Positions 53,201 to 62,671 of a stretch of 64,000 nt of DNA are shown one piece after another (the stretch's first letter is position 1; the number at the start of each line of letters is the position of its first letter). The translations under genes were made by a program, and so were the position numbers. The stretch covers positions 32,001 to 96,000 of the forward strand of contig JBHLOC010000009.1 in NCBI GenBank assembly GCA_048940925.1, in the 5' to 3' direction. This DNA comes from Promethearchaeota archaeon (GTDB lineage: Archaea; Asgardarchaeota; Lokiarchaeia; Sigyniarchaeales; SOKP01). The notes below the pieces were generated by a model that saw only the letters and a list, made by a program, of their open reading frames with translations, made no database searches and had not been told where the DNA came from.

Positions 53201-54685
53201 AAACTTGATGAAGACGATAAATCACTCTTGGTTTTTACTGATTTCTATTACTCAAATAAAGAACTTAGGAATTACATTGATAATAATTTATTGAAGTTAA
53301 ATAGAGAAAGAATTGGGAAGATTTTAGCGCTTTATGATTCAAGTATTAGAAATAGAACATTAAATACAAACATGCTTGAACTTCAAAATCGAATTAAAGA
53401 TTTACAGATATTTAAAGAAATTATTCCGAAACAATTTTATGATAAATTGGAAGAATTAGGAATAGATAAAGAAAGAAAAGAATTTATTGATACAAAAAAA
53501 TACTTTGATTTTACTTTAGAAAATGATGAATTAGCGATTAAATCCATAAAAAACAACTTAGATCTTTTTAATAATATGCAAAATTACATCGAAAAAAAAT
53601 ATAATTCGCTTAGAGTTGAATTAAAAGAATTCTTAAACAAATTTCAAAAGGAATCTGAAAGAACAGATTCCTTTTTTGAGGTGGAAAAGAAACTTAAAAA
53701 TAGGAAAGAATATTTTAAAGAGAAATTAAACCAATCAAAAGGTGTTATTGAGGAGGAAATTAAAAAGTTATCCAATAAGACTAATGAATCAGAAAAATTA
53801 ATTCCTGAAATTAGAGAATTTTTTGTTAAAAGAAAAAACACTTTCTTAAATGAATATAACAATAAAATTGAAAATGTTAATGAGCAATTTGAGCTTTTAA
53901 GAAATGAATCTTTCCGTGAGAAATTATTAGTATTTATTAATAATAAAAAAATTCATTTAAGCCAATTACTCGGTAATTTAGAAAGAAAAGTTGAAGATAA
54001 CATCGAAATTAAGGAATTTAAAAAAATCAATGTGATAATTCAAAATAGAGCAAAAAACATTGAAATGGAGATAAAAGAAATAAATAGATCTGCGAAGGAT
54101 AAGATTAAAGAATTTAACAGACAATCTAAAAACTTTAGTCAAATCTCTAAATTTATTTTAGAAGATTTTGATAAATTTGTAAATGAATATACAGAAATTC
54201 TAAATGAAAAAGTTAAATCATTGGAAAGATTGTTTCTAAAAGCCTATATTGAAATGGCAATCAAAGCAGTAGCAAATGAATACTTAACTATTGGATTTCT
54301 AAATAATGAATTAAAGATTAAGAAGCAAAATATCCAAGATCATTTATTGTATTTAATAAGTGAAGGAGATTTGAATGGAAAATATGATCCTCGATTTGGG
54401 ATTTATTATGAAAATCCAGAAGTTCTAAGTGATTTAGATGAAAAAGAACTTGAAGTGATTAAAAATACCAATTTTAAAGTCTATATGGCTCTTAATCGCT
54501 TAAAGAACTTCACCAGCCAATATTACACCATAATTGCATTTTTCACTTCTATAATAACAATAGCATATTATCTATTCCTTTTAAGTGGAGGAAATCCTGC
54601 TGTACTTGCCTTTCCAATAATATTGACAATTTTTGTAGTAGGTTATTACTTATTTAAAAAAAGAAAAGAAGAGAAAGTAAAGTAA
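50285..54685 (+). CDS. Large protein: degenerate prenyltransferase-like repeats, coiled coil, PCI/winged-helix-like domains, two C-terminal TMs
   Basis: PDIYSTYLAL, QNESGGF, long heptad regions, INAKLD and LNGKYD winged-helix-like motifs, hydrophobic tail. Confidence 0.7.
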   Translation: MANVQQKSAYPYITEFKKEPFISFIFIKQKDIGNIYLSNYNELIKFYEFFKDNLLSASNLTLENIFWFLLLKKYLKNKKKIKKDAIFNFIKKCEIHQNERLGFKLSSNIQKIPDIYSTYLALACLKNLGFLEEYLSSENIKSDIKNFILSHEKKNAFKHCHNEQCAICKKISPARTLFFVLEIFTLIGIDVRLKRDQFMAFFNDNSKKGYGLIFKLLCQKYLDLDSEVKEKEVQYLYQFQNESGGFSLNHLGVINDTFWIVYVLNLYSWFLDYNPAGIFPFINNKLNEILMSQPNWNAFKLNDVSKLIILLSFIWKKFIDSVERTLFKQIEKDKYIDLIQLKTTFGLFNDVEDILSYINLNYNFKLRILDNKIEFNNFLRNLSQGRQEFIKEFYDQINKNSVVSLSALHKKYKTLNYEPLKLRENIFPIIKEMVRRNFFKGNIKAKKKFLSKTRFLFYLDYMLKKIIVCDSEINTERILDEKEKLTDIKNDIYNMTLKLKKIDLQIKEEIESYLLINEFDYSKQRLKFIIRDALMEADFLNENIENSFNEILYYINFQAVLKSEIAEWEQIYSILPKKLGEIEAYLKGKIQEKEELRNLSVVLDNLKEKIIILEEDLNKKFDIFRNIFREVLEKEYSDKNFNLIIKELEILTQKVRKYDSLIYKVSQQIKSKERKIVKKHKKVINNWIKVKEKFENEFNFYTDGFQFFNKKLNEIKDIKERVNTHISEIGENAKVKIDSNQFQEAFGFIKKESDLLLTEKINEIKDLHGIIKNEIKQNQKLFILYKHLHEKLNDLESYIIDLIAKQVQTLKNKVIEERNRTKIEVFDNLAKQEILKFKSKLTEIRNYFNQIDDLKIEIVIKECDSLNSDFEKASKLYLKKLSECQKEIEDFDEKSKLTIMQWEKFTIFFNNEILVLKEDFINNIIANKVSSMVIEKKTDCIDLLDLKKELKLSCKVLINKLKDIIDISKINAKLDEDDKSLLVFTDFYYSNKELRNYIDNNLLKLNRERIGKILALYDSSIRNRTLNTNMLELQNRIKDLQIFKEIIPKQFYDKLEELGIDKERKEFIDTKKYFDFTLENDELAIKSIKNNLDLFNNMQNYIEKKYNSLRVELKEFLNKFQKESERTDSFFEVEKKLKNRKEYFKEKLNQSKGVIEEEIKKLSNKTNESEKLIPEIREFFVKRKNTFLNEYNNKIENVNEQFELLRNESFREKLLVFINNKKIHLSQLLGNLERKVEDNIEIKEFKKINVIIQNRAKNIEMEIKEINRSAKDKIKEFNRQSKNFSQISKFILEDFDKFVNEYTEILNEKVKSLERLFLKAYIEMAIKAVANEYLTIGFLNNELKIKKQNIQDHLLYLISEGDLNGKYDPRFGIYYENPEVLSDLDEKELEVIKNTNFKVYMALNRLKNFTSQYYTIIAFFTSIITIAYYLFLLSGGNPAVLAFPIILTIFVVGYYLFKKRKEEKVK

Positions 54686-54692
54686 ACTCATA

Positions 54693-56846
54693 TTATTCAT
54701 AATCCATGAGAAAATATACTAAATTATCTTGCTTTTTAAGATAACCTAAATTACATGCTTGATTAAAATGAACATAAAACTTACGATCGATTATTTCTTC
54801 TATACATGCAAGATCTTGGAATTTTTTAAACTCTAATTTTCCATTTTCACTATAAGTTTTAGCGATTTTTATTAAAGTTCTTAAATTTTTATTTAAATAA
54901 GTCTTTTTAATTTGATGTAATTTAGATTTTTTACTTTTTAATTTAAGTACTTTATCTTTTAATGAGGGTAATTCCATTTTTATCAAATCTGAATAAAAAG
55001 TCACACCACATTTTTTAAGATTTTGAAATTCTTTGCTATTACAAAATTTATCTAATTGAGTAATTATATCCTCAATTGAACGATTTGCTAAAAATTCCTT
55101 TTCCTTTTCTTTTCTATCTTTAAAATTAGTAATAATATCTAATTCTGAACTTTCAGAGTGTAGTTTAGGAAAAGTAATTCTTTTGCGATCAAGATTTTCT
55201 ATTAGATTAATTTGTTCAGGAGAGGATAATACTGATTTCATAAATCCTTCTTTTCTTCTTGCAACAATATGAAACGGAACATCAACCGTGTTTTCAGTTA
55301 CAAGTATATAACATCTTCCTGGAGCAAATCTTCCAGTCCTTCCTCTTCTTTGAATTAACCGGATTTCAGAGGGAACAGGTTCATAAAAAATTATTGCATC
55401 TACATTAGGTATATCCAAACCCTCTTCTGCTACACTTGTAGCAATCAGGATATTAATTTTTCCCTCTCTGAATTTTTTTAGAATTTCAATTTGTTTATGT
55501 TGAGAAAATCCATTATCATCAATCTTATTTGTCTGGCCTATGAATTTTTCAACTTTTAATTGATTATTAAATACATTGGCTAGTTTTCTTTTTAAATATT
55601 TAGCCATATCTCGATATTGAGTAAAAATTAAAAGTTTTTTATTATTAAATTCATTTTTTTCTTCTTTTATAATTGAAATTATCTTATTCATTTTAGGATG
55701 AGTTAATTTTGTTTGATCTTCCTTTTCTAATTCTGCTTTTATATGTTTAAAATGTTCTGAATTTATAATTCTTTTAGCAGATAAGAAATTATCACTAGCC
55801 TTATCTTCAATTTTCTCTATAAATAATTTAAATACTGAAATATCTTGAGTTTCTAGTAAATCTTTAGCATGGAGGAGAGAAATACAGCTTGAACAATATG
55901 AGAAAATTGATTCTACATTAAGGTTTTTTTTTTTGACAACATCAATAATTTTTGGAGATTTATAATAAAGATATTCCAAGAATTCTTCATCAGAAATTTC
56001 TAAGTTGTCACCTTTTTCATATCGCAGTGATAATGTTAAATCACGACTTATTCCTAGGAAATCTAATTTTGAGTAGTATGGTTTATTAGGAGGTAATAAT
56101 TTGCTCTTAATGAAAAATCTTAAGAATTTCTCAAAGAGATTTTGCCAAATTTCACTTAATTCCACTATTTTTATAGGAAGGCTAATAAAATTTATATAAG
56201 TATCAATCTCGTATATATAATTTTTTACATCTTCATCTTCATAGTTTTTAAAGATAATATTTTCAATATATAAATTATCACATATTTCTTGTATACGTTC
56301 ATAATTCTTACCGGGTGAAGCAGTTAAACCGAGAATCAATGGATCATTACAAGTATCAATGTATTCTTTTGATAGGAAATTATATGCATAATTACCTTTA
56401 GTTTTATGAGCCTCATCAAAAACTATTAAGGATACTTGAGTTAAATCATATCGTCCTCTCATCAAATCATTTTTTATGACTTGTGGAGTAGAAATAATAA
56501 TTTTTGAATTTTTAAATTGAATAATTCGTTTTTCAGGAGTAATTTTTCCTGTAAGTAATGCGATTTCTTTTAAGTTAATATTAAGGAATTGTTCACAAGA
56601 ATCCTTATGTTGTGAAACTAAGGGTCTTGTAGGTGCAAGAATTATTACTTTTGAATGTAAATATTTTTTAAGAGTATAATTAATTAATAGAATAGCGATT
56701 ATTGTTTTACCTAAACCCGTTGGTAAGACTACCAATGAATTTTTATTCTTACAGGTACTTACAATATTATTTTGATATTGTCGATAAAGAATGCGATTTT
56801 TTTTTAAAAATGGTCCATTGAAATAGTTCTGATGTTCTTTTTGCAT
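54693..56846 (-). CDS. Hef/FANCM/Mph1-type SF2 helicase
   Basis: LPTGLGKT, APTRPLV, DEAH, TASPG, VAEEGLD, QRRGRTGR. Confidence 0.9.
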   Translation of the reverse strand: MQKEHQNYFNGPFLKKNRILYRQYQNNIVSTCKNKNSLVVLPTGLGKTIIAILLINYTLKKYLHSKVIILAPTRPLVSQHKDSCEQFLNINLKEIALLTGKITPEKRIIQFKNSKIIISTPQVIKNDLMRGRYDLTQVSLIVFDEAHKTKGNYAYNFLSKEYIDTCNDPLILGLTASPGKNYERIQEICDNLYIENIIFKNYEDEDVKNYIYEIDTYINFISLPIKIVELSEIWQNLFEKFLRFFIKSKLLPPNKPYYSKLDFLGISRDLTLSLRYEKGDNLEISDEEFLEYLYYKSPKIIDVVKKKNLNVESIFSYCSSCISLLHAKDLLETQDISVFKLFIEKIEDKASDNFLSAKRIINSEHFKHIKAELEKEDQTKLTHPKMNKIISIIKEEKNEFNNKKLLIFTQYRDMAKYLKRKLANVFNNQLKVEKFIGQTNKIDDNGFSQHKQIEILKKFREGKINILIATSVAEEGLDIPNVDAIIFYEPVPSEIRLIQRRGRTGRFAPGRCYILVTENTVDVPFHIVARRKEGFMKSVLSSPEQINLIENLDRKRITFPKLHSESSELDIITNFKDRKEKEKEFLANRSIEDIITQLDKFCNSKEFQNLKKCGVTFYSDLIKMELPSLKDKVLKLKSKKSKLHQIKKTYLNKNLRTLIKIAKTYSENGKLEFKKFQDLACIEEIIDRKFYVHFNQACNLGYLKKQDNLVYFLMDYE

Positions 56847-57024
56847 ATTTAAAATACATTGAGATTAATTCTTTATAAAAATGATGTCGCTATAAGATTT
56901 TTATTATATTAATTCGAAGATTAACTTATAGAATTTGTTTATTAATTTAGAAATAATTTAATAAATTCCAAGTAAAATGAGGATGATTTATTCCATCAGG
57001 AGTTATTCTTAAATTTAAGTTTAT

Positions 57025-58020
57025 TTAAAAGGGAAAAAACAATATTTTCTTTTTTAAGACTTTTCTTTTAATTTTATTTTGTTTTTCTAACATTTTTAGT
57101 ATTAAAACCACCCAACTACGTGCTATCATTCGTTTAATTTTATTTTCAGAAAAATAAATAATTTTAACGATATCATCTGGTGATAATCCTTTTTGTGGGT
57201 GTTTATAAATTACATTTAATACTTGTTTTTCTCTATCATGCATGCGTTCTAATATTGCAGTTAGAATATCTTTTGGATTTTTAATAATTTCACCATGTGC
57301 CGGCAGAATTAATTTTAAATTTGGTAAATTTTTTAAATTTCGAATAGTTTCTAAGTATTCAGCTATATTTGATTCTGGTGGACCTAACCACGTTGATCTC
57401 ATATTCAAAACGTTATCTCCCGAAAAGAGAATTCCTTTTTCTTTATTATAAAGGGAAATATGGTCTGGGCAATGACCTGGAGAAGAAAAAATTTTCCATA
57501 TCTCACCATTAATCGAAATATCAGCATTTTCATTAATAATTTCGTCTGGATTATCAAAATAAGAAAGTCCAAATATCTTTTTATAAAATGTCTTCTCTCC
57601 GAAATTACGAAGATAATTCCGGATTTTACTCATGTATTTTTTTCTAATTTTTAAATAATCTTCATAGTCATCAGCTTGATAGCTATTATTGAAACTAATT
57701 CTATCCTTTATTACTCTAGCTATTTTTTCGGTTAATACAACTTTTATGTTTAATCTAGTACTTATCGCTTTTAAACCACTAAAATGGTCTGAATGCGCGT
57801 GAGACACGATTATACGAGTTATTTGGAACTCTATGTGTCGATCTTTATAATGAGTCTCAATTTCTTCAAAAGATTTAAAGAATTGTTTTAATGCTTTTTT
57901 ATCTCCATACCCTGCATCATAGATTATACCGTCATTCCCTGCTAAAATATAGATATTATCTGAAGGTCTGAATCTACCCTTTTCCTCAATTAAAAAAATT
58001 CCAGGATATACTTCGTTCAT
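57025..58020 (-). CDS. Metallo-beta-lactamase-fold hydrolase with C-terminal winged helix
   Basis: HAHSDH, PGHCPDH, SGD, PAHG. Confidence 0.88.
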   Translation of the reverse strand: MNEVYPGIFLIEEKGRFRPSDNIYILAGNDGIIYDAGYGDKKALKQFFKSFEEIETHYKDRHIEFQITRIIVSHAHSDHFSGLKAISTRLNIKVVLTEKIARVIKDRISFNNSYQADDYEDYLKIRKKYMSKIRNYLRNFGEKTFYKKIFGLSYFDNPDEIINENADISINGEIWKIFSSPGHCPDHISLYNKEKGILFSGDNVLNMRSTWLGPPESNIAEYLETIRNLKNLPNLKLILPAHGEIIKNPKDILTAILERMHDREKQVLNVIYKHPQKGLSPDDIVKIIYFSENKIKRMIARSWVVLILKMLEKQNKIKRKVLKKKILFFPF

Positions 58021-58074
58021 AATCTCATAAAGGAAAAAAAGTGAAATTGTTAAATTTTTATTTAATATTAATAA

Positions 58075-59280
58075 TTAAAAAAAGGTAGGCTCTCCTTCAA
58101 ACTCTATTTTTTTTGGCTGCATTTCAGCTGTTTCTTCAGGAGATAAAATCTCAATCAATTCATAATTGGAGTTTCCTACACCCATTTTCTCTAGAAATCT
58201 TACACTCTCATATGGATCCTTATATGGACCATGTAATCTCGTAAATGGATGGATATCATCTTTAGGATCAAGATTAACATCTTTAAAATAGGGAGGTATG
58301 TTTTTTTCAATTATTCCCTCCTTTTTTATTAAATCAAGCGTTGCGGTTTCAATTGCAATAATATCTTTTGAACCTAATAGTCCTATATCATTGATAATAG
58401 AAGGTTGCCCCATACCCATACAATCACAGAAAGTTGTTATTTGAATTAAGAAATTTAAGTAAAATACTTTTTCGGGTTTAAAGGTTTCAAGCACTTTTTG
58501 TGTAGAGATAGCCATCATTTCTTGAAATGCTGTATAGCTTTCTCTTGGAAGTCTAACCGCTCCTATGTCGTGATCAATTTCTAAACATGTTAAACATTGG
58601 CGACAATTATGATAATTGCGTATCAAATCACCCTTTCCTTCGTTATATGTAAGAGCTCCATACGGACAAGCATCAACAAGTTTTTTTGCATGTTCAGGTG
58701 ATCCTTTCTCTTTATCCCAATATTTATCAATTTGTGCCACACCATGAATTTTCCTCCATCGTGTCGGTCCTGAATATCCTCCAAGAGCTAAATTCTTAAT
58801 AGCTCCCCCATAACCAGAAGCACCATGTCCTTTAGCATGAGATAAATCAACCAATACATCTGCATCCTTTAACACACCTCCCATTTCGAGAGAATCAAAC
58901 CCTCTAAAGCTGATTTCTACAGGAGTTGTATAACCGTCTTTCACGCCAGCAATTGGAATCAGTGGACATCCGCAAGTTTCTTGAGTGTAGCCCCTATTTA
59001 CTGCATTATATACCGCAGTTGGATTATCTGTAATGAAAGGATACCCTCCTGTTTTTTTCAAGGCTTCAACAATACGCCGTACAAAGAAAACAGGAATAGT
59101 TTGATACCCATCATAATAACCTAAATGCATTTTTACGGCTATTTTATCTTTCTCTTCAATTTCAATCTGATTTATTAGCATTTCAGTGATCTTGTCTACT
59201 TTTGCTGCAAATGAAGCAAATAATGCGATTTTACCATGTTGGACTGAGCCAAAATAGACTTTAGATTTTTCAGCATGCAT
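58075..59280 (-). CDS. DUF362 family Fe-S protein
   Basis: VKMHLG, SHAKGH...GGAIKNL, CRQCLTC, CDC, D..AIE.A. Confidence 0.85.
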   Translation of the reverse strand: MHAEKSKVYFGSVQHGKIALFASFAAKVDKITEMLINQIEIEEKDKIAVKMHLGYYDGYQTIPVFFVRRIVEALKKTGGYPFITDNPTAVYNAVNRGYTQETCGCPLIPIAGVKDGYTTPVEISFRGFDSLEMGGVLKDADVLVDLSHAKGHGASGYGGAIKNLALGGYSGPTRWRKIHGVAQIDKYWDKEKGSPEHAKKLVDACPYGALTYNEGKGDLIRNYHNCRQCLTCLEIDHDIGAVRLPRESYTAFQEMMAISTQKVLETFKPEKVFYLNFLIQITTFCDCMGMGQPSIINDIGLLGSKDIIAIETATLDLIKKEGIIEKNIPPYFKDVNLDPKDDIHPFTRLHGPYKDPYESVRFLEKMGVGNSNYELIEILSPEETAEMQPKKIEFEGEPTFF

Positions 59281-59355
59281 TATAATCTAATTTAATTCTA
59301 TCTGCTATTTTTATTACTTAAGACTATAAGAAAAGGATAAAAAAAGTTTATGATT

Positions 59356-59700
59356 CTAAATTTTAAGTATTTGTTTTGCATTTTCATAAAAGATTTGCTT
59401 CTTAAATCCTTCTGAAATCGGTAAATCGTTTACCGCAGGAAGAGTTTCATTCCAATTTAGCAATGGATGGTTACTTGCATATAATACCTTATGTTCAAGG
59501 TTATTAACAATAATGGCATCCCATGGAAAATATTTATAAACAAAGGGTCTATTAGAAACATCTATATAAACATTGGGATGTCTAGAAATTACTGAAAAAG
59601 CTTCCCAAAACTAGGAAAACCCAGGTGATCCGTTATTATTTTTAATTCATGATGCCTTGTTGCCATATCATTTACTAATAAGGGGTGACCGAATTTCGTT
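59356..59700 (-). pseudogene. Truncated, frameshifted amidohydrolase_2 remnant
   Basis: KFGHPLLVNDMATRHHELKII..HLGFP, then a frameshift near 59612, then FWEAFSVISRHPNVYIDVS...FPWDA...YENAKQILKI*. Paralogous to the C-terminal part of 59777..60634, with no N-terminus. Confidence 0.85.
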
Positions 59701-59776
59701 TGAGCTAGAATTACTGATTTTTGATCAGCGATATGAATTTATAAAAGTACATTTAAATCAATCATTTTCTTCCAAA

Positions 59777-60634
59777 TTAGATAAGTTTTAATAATTTAGT
59801 AGCATTTTTCTCTAAAATTGCGTTTTTCAAGGAATCAGAAATTTGAATTTTATCAAAAGCATTGAAAATTTCACTATAGTGTTTTAAAGGATAATCTGAA
59901 GCAAAAAGTATTTTATGCGATAGATTTTCTGTAATAAATGCATCCCAAGGGAACCAATTGTAAAGGTTAGGATAAGCAGATATGTCAATATAAACGTTTT
60001 CATGTCTCATTACTACAGACCAAGCATCCCACATCCATGGAACCCCCATATGACCTATAATAATTTTCAATTCTTTGTGTCTTAGAGCAATGTCATCTAT
60101 TAATAAAGGATGACCGTATCGAGCAATAGATCCATAAAATGAACCCTGATGACCTCCATGAGTCCATAATGGAATATCTAGGTCAACCATTTTCTTCCAC
60201 AATATATCATATTTTCTTTCAGAAATGTCAAATTTTTGAGCTGGTGGAACTAACTTAATACCTTTAAGGTTTAGAGAATTAATAGCATATTCAAGTTGCT
60301 CTAATGCATCTGCTGCAGGAACATCAATACAAGCAAATCCAATAAATTTATCAGGAAATCTTTTTACAAAATCTGCTACATCTTCATTTGATACCATGAT
60401 AAATCCGTAAGCAGAAGAAACATTGAGTGATACGATGACTGCTTTTTTGATATTAAATTTATCCATTATTGCTACATAATCTTCTAATGTATAAACTTCC
60501 ATTATAGCTTTTAACATACGATTTATTCTTTTTAACTTAATAGGATTGAGACCGCTCATCGCATCAGCAATCTTTCTCTTATCACCATAGTGAGCTTCTT
60601 TGCAGAAGGGGTGAACATGCATATCTATAACCAT
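59777..60634 (-). CDS. Amidohydrolase family 2 protein
   Basis: IDMHVH, GIKL, GHMG, YIDIS, FASDYP, NA..LL. Confidence 0.9.
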   Translation of the reverse strand: MVIDMHVHPFCKEAHYGDKRKIADAMSGLNPIKLKRINRMLKAIMEVYTLEDYVAIMDKFNIKKAVIVSLNVSSAYGFIMVSNEDVADFVKRFPDKFIGFACIDVPAADALEQLEYAINSLNLKGIKLVPPAQKFDISERKYDILWKKMVDLDIPLWTHGGHQGSFYGSIARYGHPLLIDDIALRHKELKIIIGHMGVPWMWDAWSVVMRHENVYIDISAYPNLYNWFPWDAFITENLSHKILFASDYPLKHYSEIFNAFDKIQISDSLKNAILEKNATKLLKLI

Positions 60635-60789
60635 AATAAATTCACTCCCAAATATTTACTCAAGAATAATCAATAATTATCTAAAAAAGTAAGAGAACAT
60701 ATAAAAAAATTGATATCCAATAGTTATATATAATATTTGCATCCTCTATTTCCTATTTACATACAAATTCTAATCCATAGAAAAAAAAA

Positions 60790-61530
60790 ATGAAACTTGT
60801 TAATATAAAGAAAATTGCTGTTATAGCAGATATCCATGCAAATAAATATGCTTTAACAACATTTATTAATTATATTGAGAGTGAATTAAAGGTTGATTAC
60901 ATATTAAATTTAGGAGATTTTCTTCAGATTGGTCCTCATCCTAAAGTTATAACAGAGGTTATCCTTTCAGATGATAGATTTATTAATATTTTAGGAAATA
61001 ATGAAATTGTCATAACTGAAAAGGCGAATATTGAAACACGTGAAGAAGAATTGAAGCATCGAAAATGGATTGAAAACCTATTGAATTCTGATTTATTAGA
61101 GAAGGTTCGAAACTTACCAACATCAAGAAATCTGGAAATTAATAATATGAAGTTGTTTATGGTTCATTCCAGAAAAATTGATAATCAATTTCAAAATACA
61201 TGGAAGTTACCCCTATTATATCAAGGGAAATCTTTAGATGATTTTATAAAAGATTATCCAGATAAAGCTGAAATAATCTTATTCGGACATACTCACGAAC
61301 AACTTTTTTTAAATAGAAAGAATAAAATTTTTGTCAATCCTGGTTCTTTATGATGTTCAGTATTTCCCTCTACGATATCCTTTTGTATAATTGAGCCAAA
61401 TATAAATGGATGGAATTTTCTCTTTAAGAACTTAAAATATGATGAATCTAAATTAAAAAGTGATTATATCAGACTTAAAGTTCCAGATAGAAAGTTTATT
61501 CTGAAAAATTTTTACGGAATTGATATTTAA
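60790..61530 (+). pseudogene. Metallophosphoesterase with an internal TGA at 61351
   Basis: DIHAN, GD, GNNE, GHTH, NPGSL* then an open frame CSVFP...GIDI* to 61530. The TGA replaces the conserved Gly of NPGSxG. Confidence 0.75.
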
Positions 61531-61640
61531 TAATATATTTCTCCTTTTTTCCTAATGTTTGTTAATTATTTAAATTGGATAGTTACTTCTTTTACCTTAT
61601 AATATTAAAATGAAATACAATAAAAAAATCATGATTTAAA

Positions 61641-62090
61641 ATGTATTGCCCTAATTGTGGTTCAGAAAATCCTGATAATGCTCAATTTTGTACATATTGT
61701 GGATCAAAATTGGATCAACCAGTAACTCCACAGAGTCAACCAACACAACCTATGCCGCCAACACAACCATATCAAGGAACTCCCGTGACTCAACCAGCAC
61801 CATCAAGACCGACAGGCGGCGCAATAGCTGCTGTTATTATTGTAGTAATAGTTGGAATTGTACTAATATATTTTGGAGCATCCTACCTTTATATCTTCCC
61901 TACTTTTGGAATTTCAATGCTTGTAATAGCCTCTATTATTATTCTTTGTATATTATGTAGTTGTTGTAGTATGGGGGGTCGTCGTCGTCGTAGAGGTATT
62001 GGATATTATGGTGGTGGTTGTGATGGTGGTGGTGGTGATTGTGATGGAGGTTGTTGTGATTGTGGTGACTGTGATTGTGCTGGTTCCTAA
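61641..62090 (+). CDS. Zinc-ribbon membrane protein with Pro/Gln linker and Cys/Gly/Asp-rich tail
   Basis: CPNCG...CTYCG, PQ-rich linker, two TMs, GGGCDGG...CDCAGS. Confidence 0.8.
   Translation: MYCPNCGSENPDNAQFCTYCGSKLDQPVTPQSQPTQPMPPTQPYQGTPVTQPAPSRPTGGAIAAVIIVVIVGIVLIYFGASYLYIFPTFGISMLVIASIIILCILCSCCSMGGRRRRRGIGYYGGGCDGGGGDCDGGCCDCGDCDCAGS
61978..62082 (+). repeat. Coding trinucleotide-like repeats (CGT)n, (GGT)n, TGTGAT
   Basis: gtcgtcgtcgtcgt, ggtggtggtggt and tgtgat units visible in the sequence. Confidence 0.6.
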
Positions 62091-62154
62091 ATAAATATAA
62101 AGATTCAACACTCTCAAATAAACATTTAAATAACCAAATTTTCTATTTTATGTT

Positions 62155-62646
62155 TTGAACAGGAAGATGAATCCTTTGAAAGATGACCTTCGAAAAGACA
62201 AAAGAATTATTATCAAATGGCTAGCACATCATAATCCAAACCGTGATGATTTCAATGACCATGTTTTTTATATATTCAACTATGCTGTATGCATAGGTTG
62301 TTTTTCTTTTTTTTTGGGCGTCATTATAGCATTACTTTTAGGTAATATTTTTTATTATTATATCATAAATTTTGTTAACTTTCCAATAGCTCTTACTTTT
62401 TTCATCTTCTGCTGGCTTCCTTCAATTTCTCAATACTCAATTCAAATAATAAAAAACAAGCCACTTAAAAATCGAAAATTGAAATTTCTTTTTCGGTTTT
62501 TGTATCCAGTTGGAAGCATCCTATTTATATTTAAATCCCCACTATGGGGTTTTACCCTTTCGATTCCCGCAGGATTATTAATAGTAGTAGTTCGAAAGAA
62601 ATATTATAAAATTAAAATAAAAAAAAGAAAAGAAATGAATGTTTAA
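62155..62646 (+). CDS. Membrane protein with His/Cys motif (DUF2085-like)
   Basis: LAHH...H......VCIGC followed by TMs. Confidence 0.6.
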   Translation: MNRKMNPLKDDLRKDKRIIIKWLAHHNPNRDDFNDHVFYIFNYAVCIGCFSFFLGVIIALLLGNIFYYYIINFVNFPIALTFFIFCWLPSISQYSIQIIKNKPLKNRKLKFLFRFLYPVGSILFIFKSPLWGFTLSIPAGLLIVVVRKKYYKIKIKKRKEMNV

Positions 62647-62671
62647 TTATATGAATAATAAGATTCTTTTC

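Noticed and set aside
61351-61353. Selenocysteine recoding of the in-frame TGA
   Set aside because: The position corresponds to Gly, not Cys, and I see no SECIS-like hairpin downstream.
758-61960. Short nested or antisense ORFs in the track (e.g. 758..952, 2934..3380, 20166..20522, 26541..26897, 61688..61960)
   Set aside because: They overlap well-supported genes and show no motifs.
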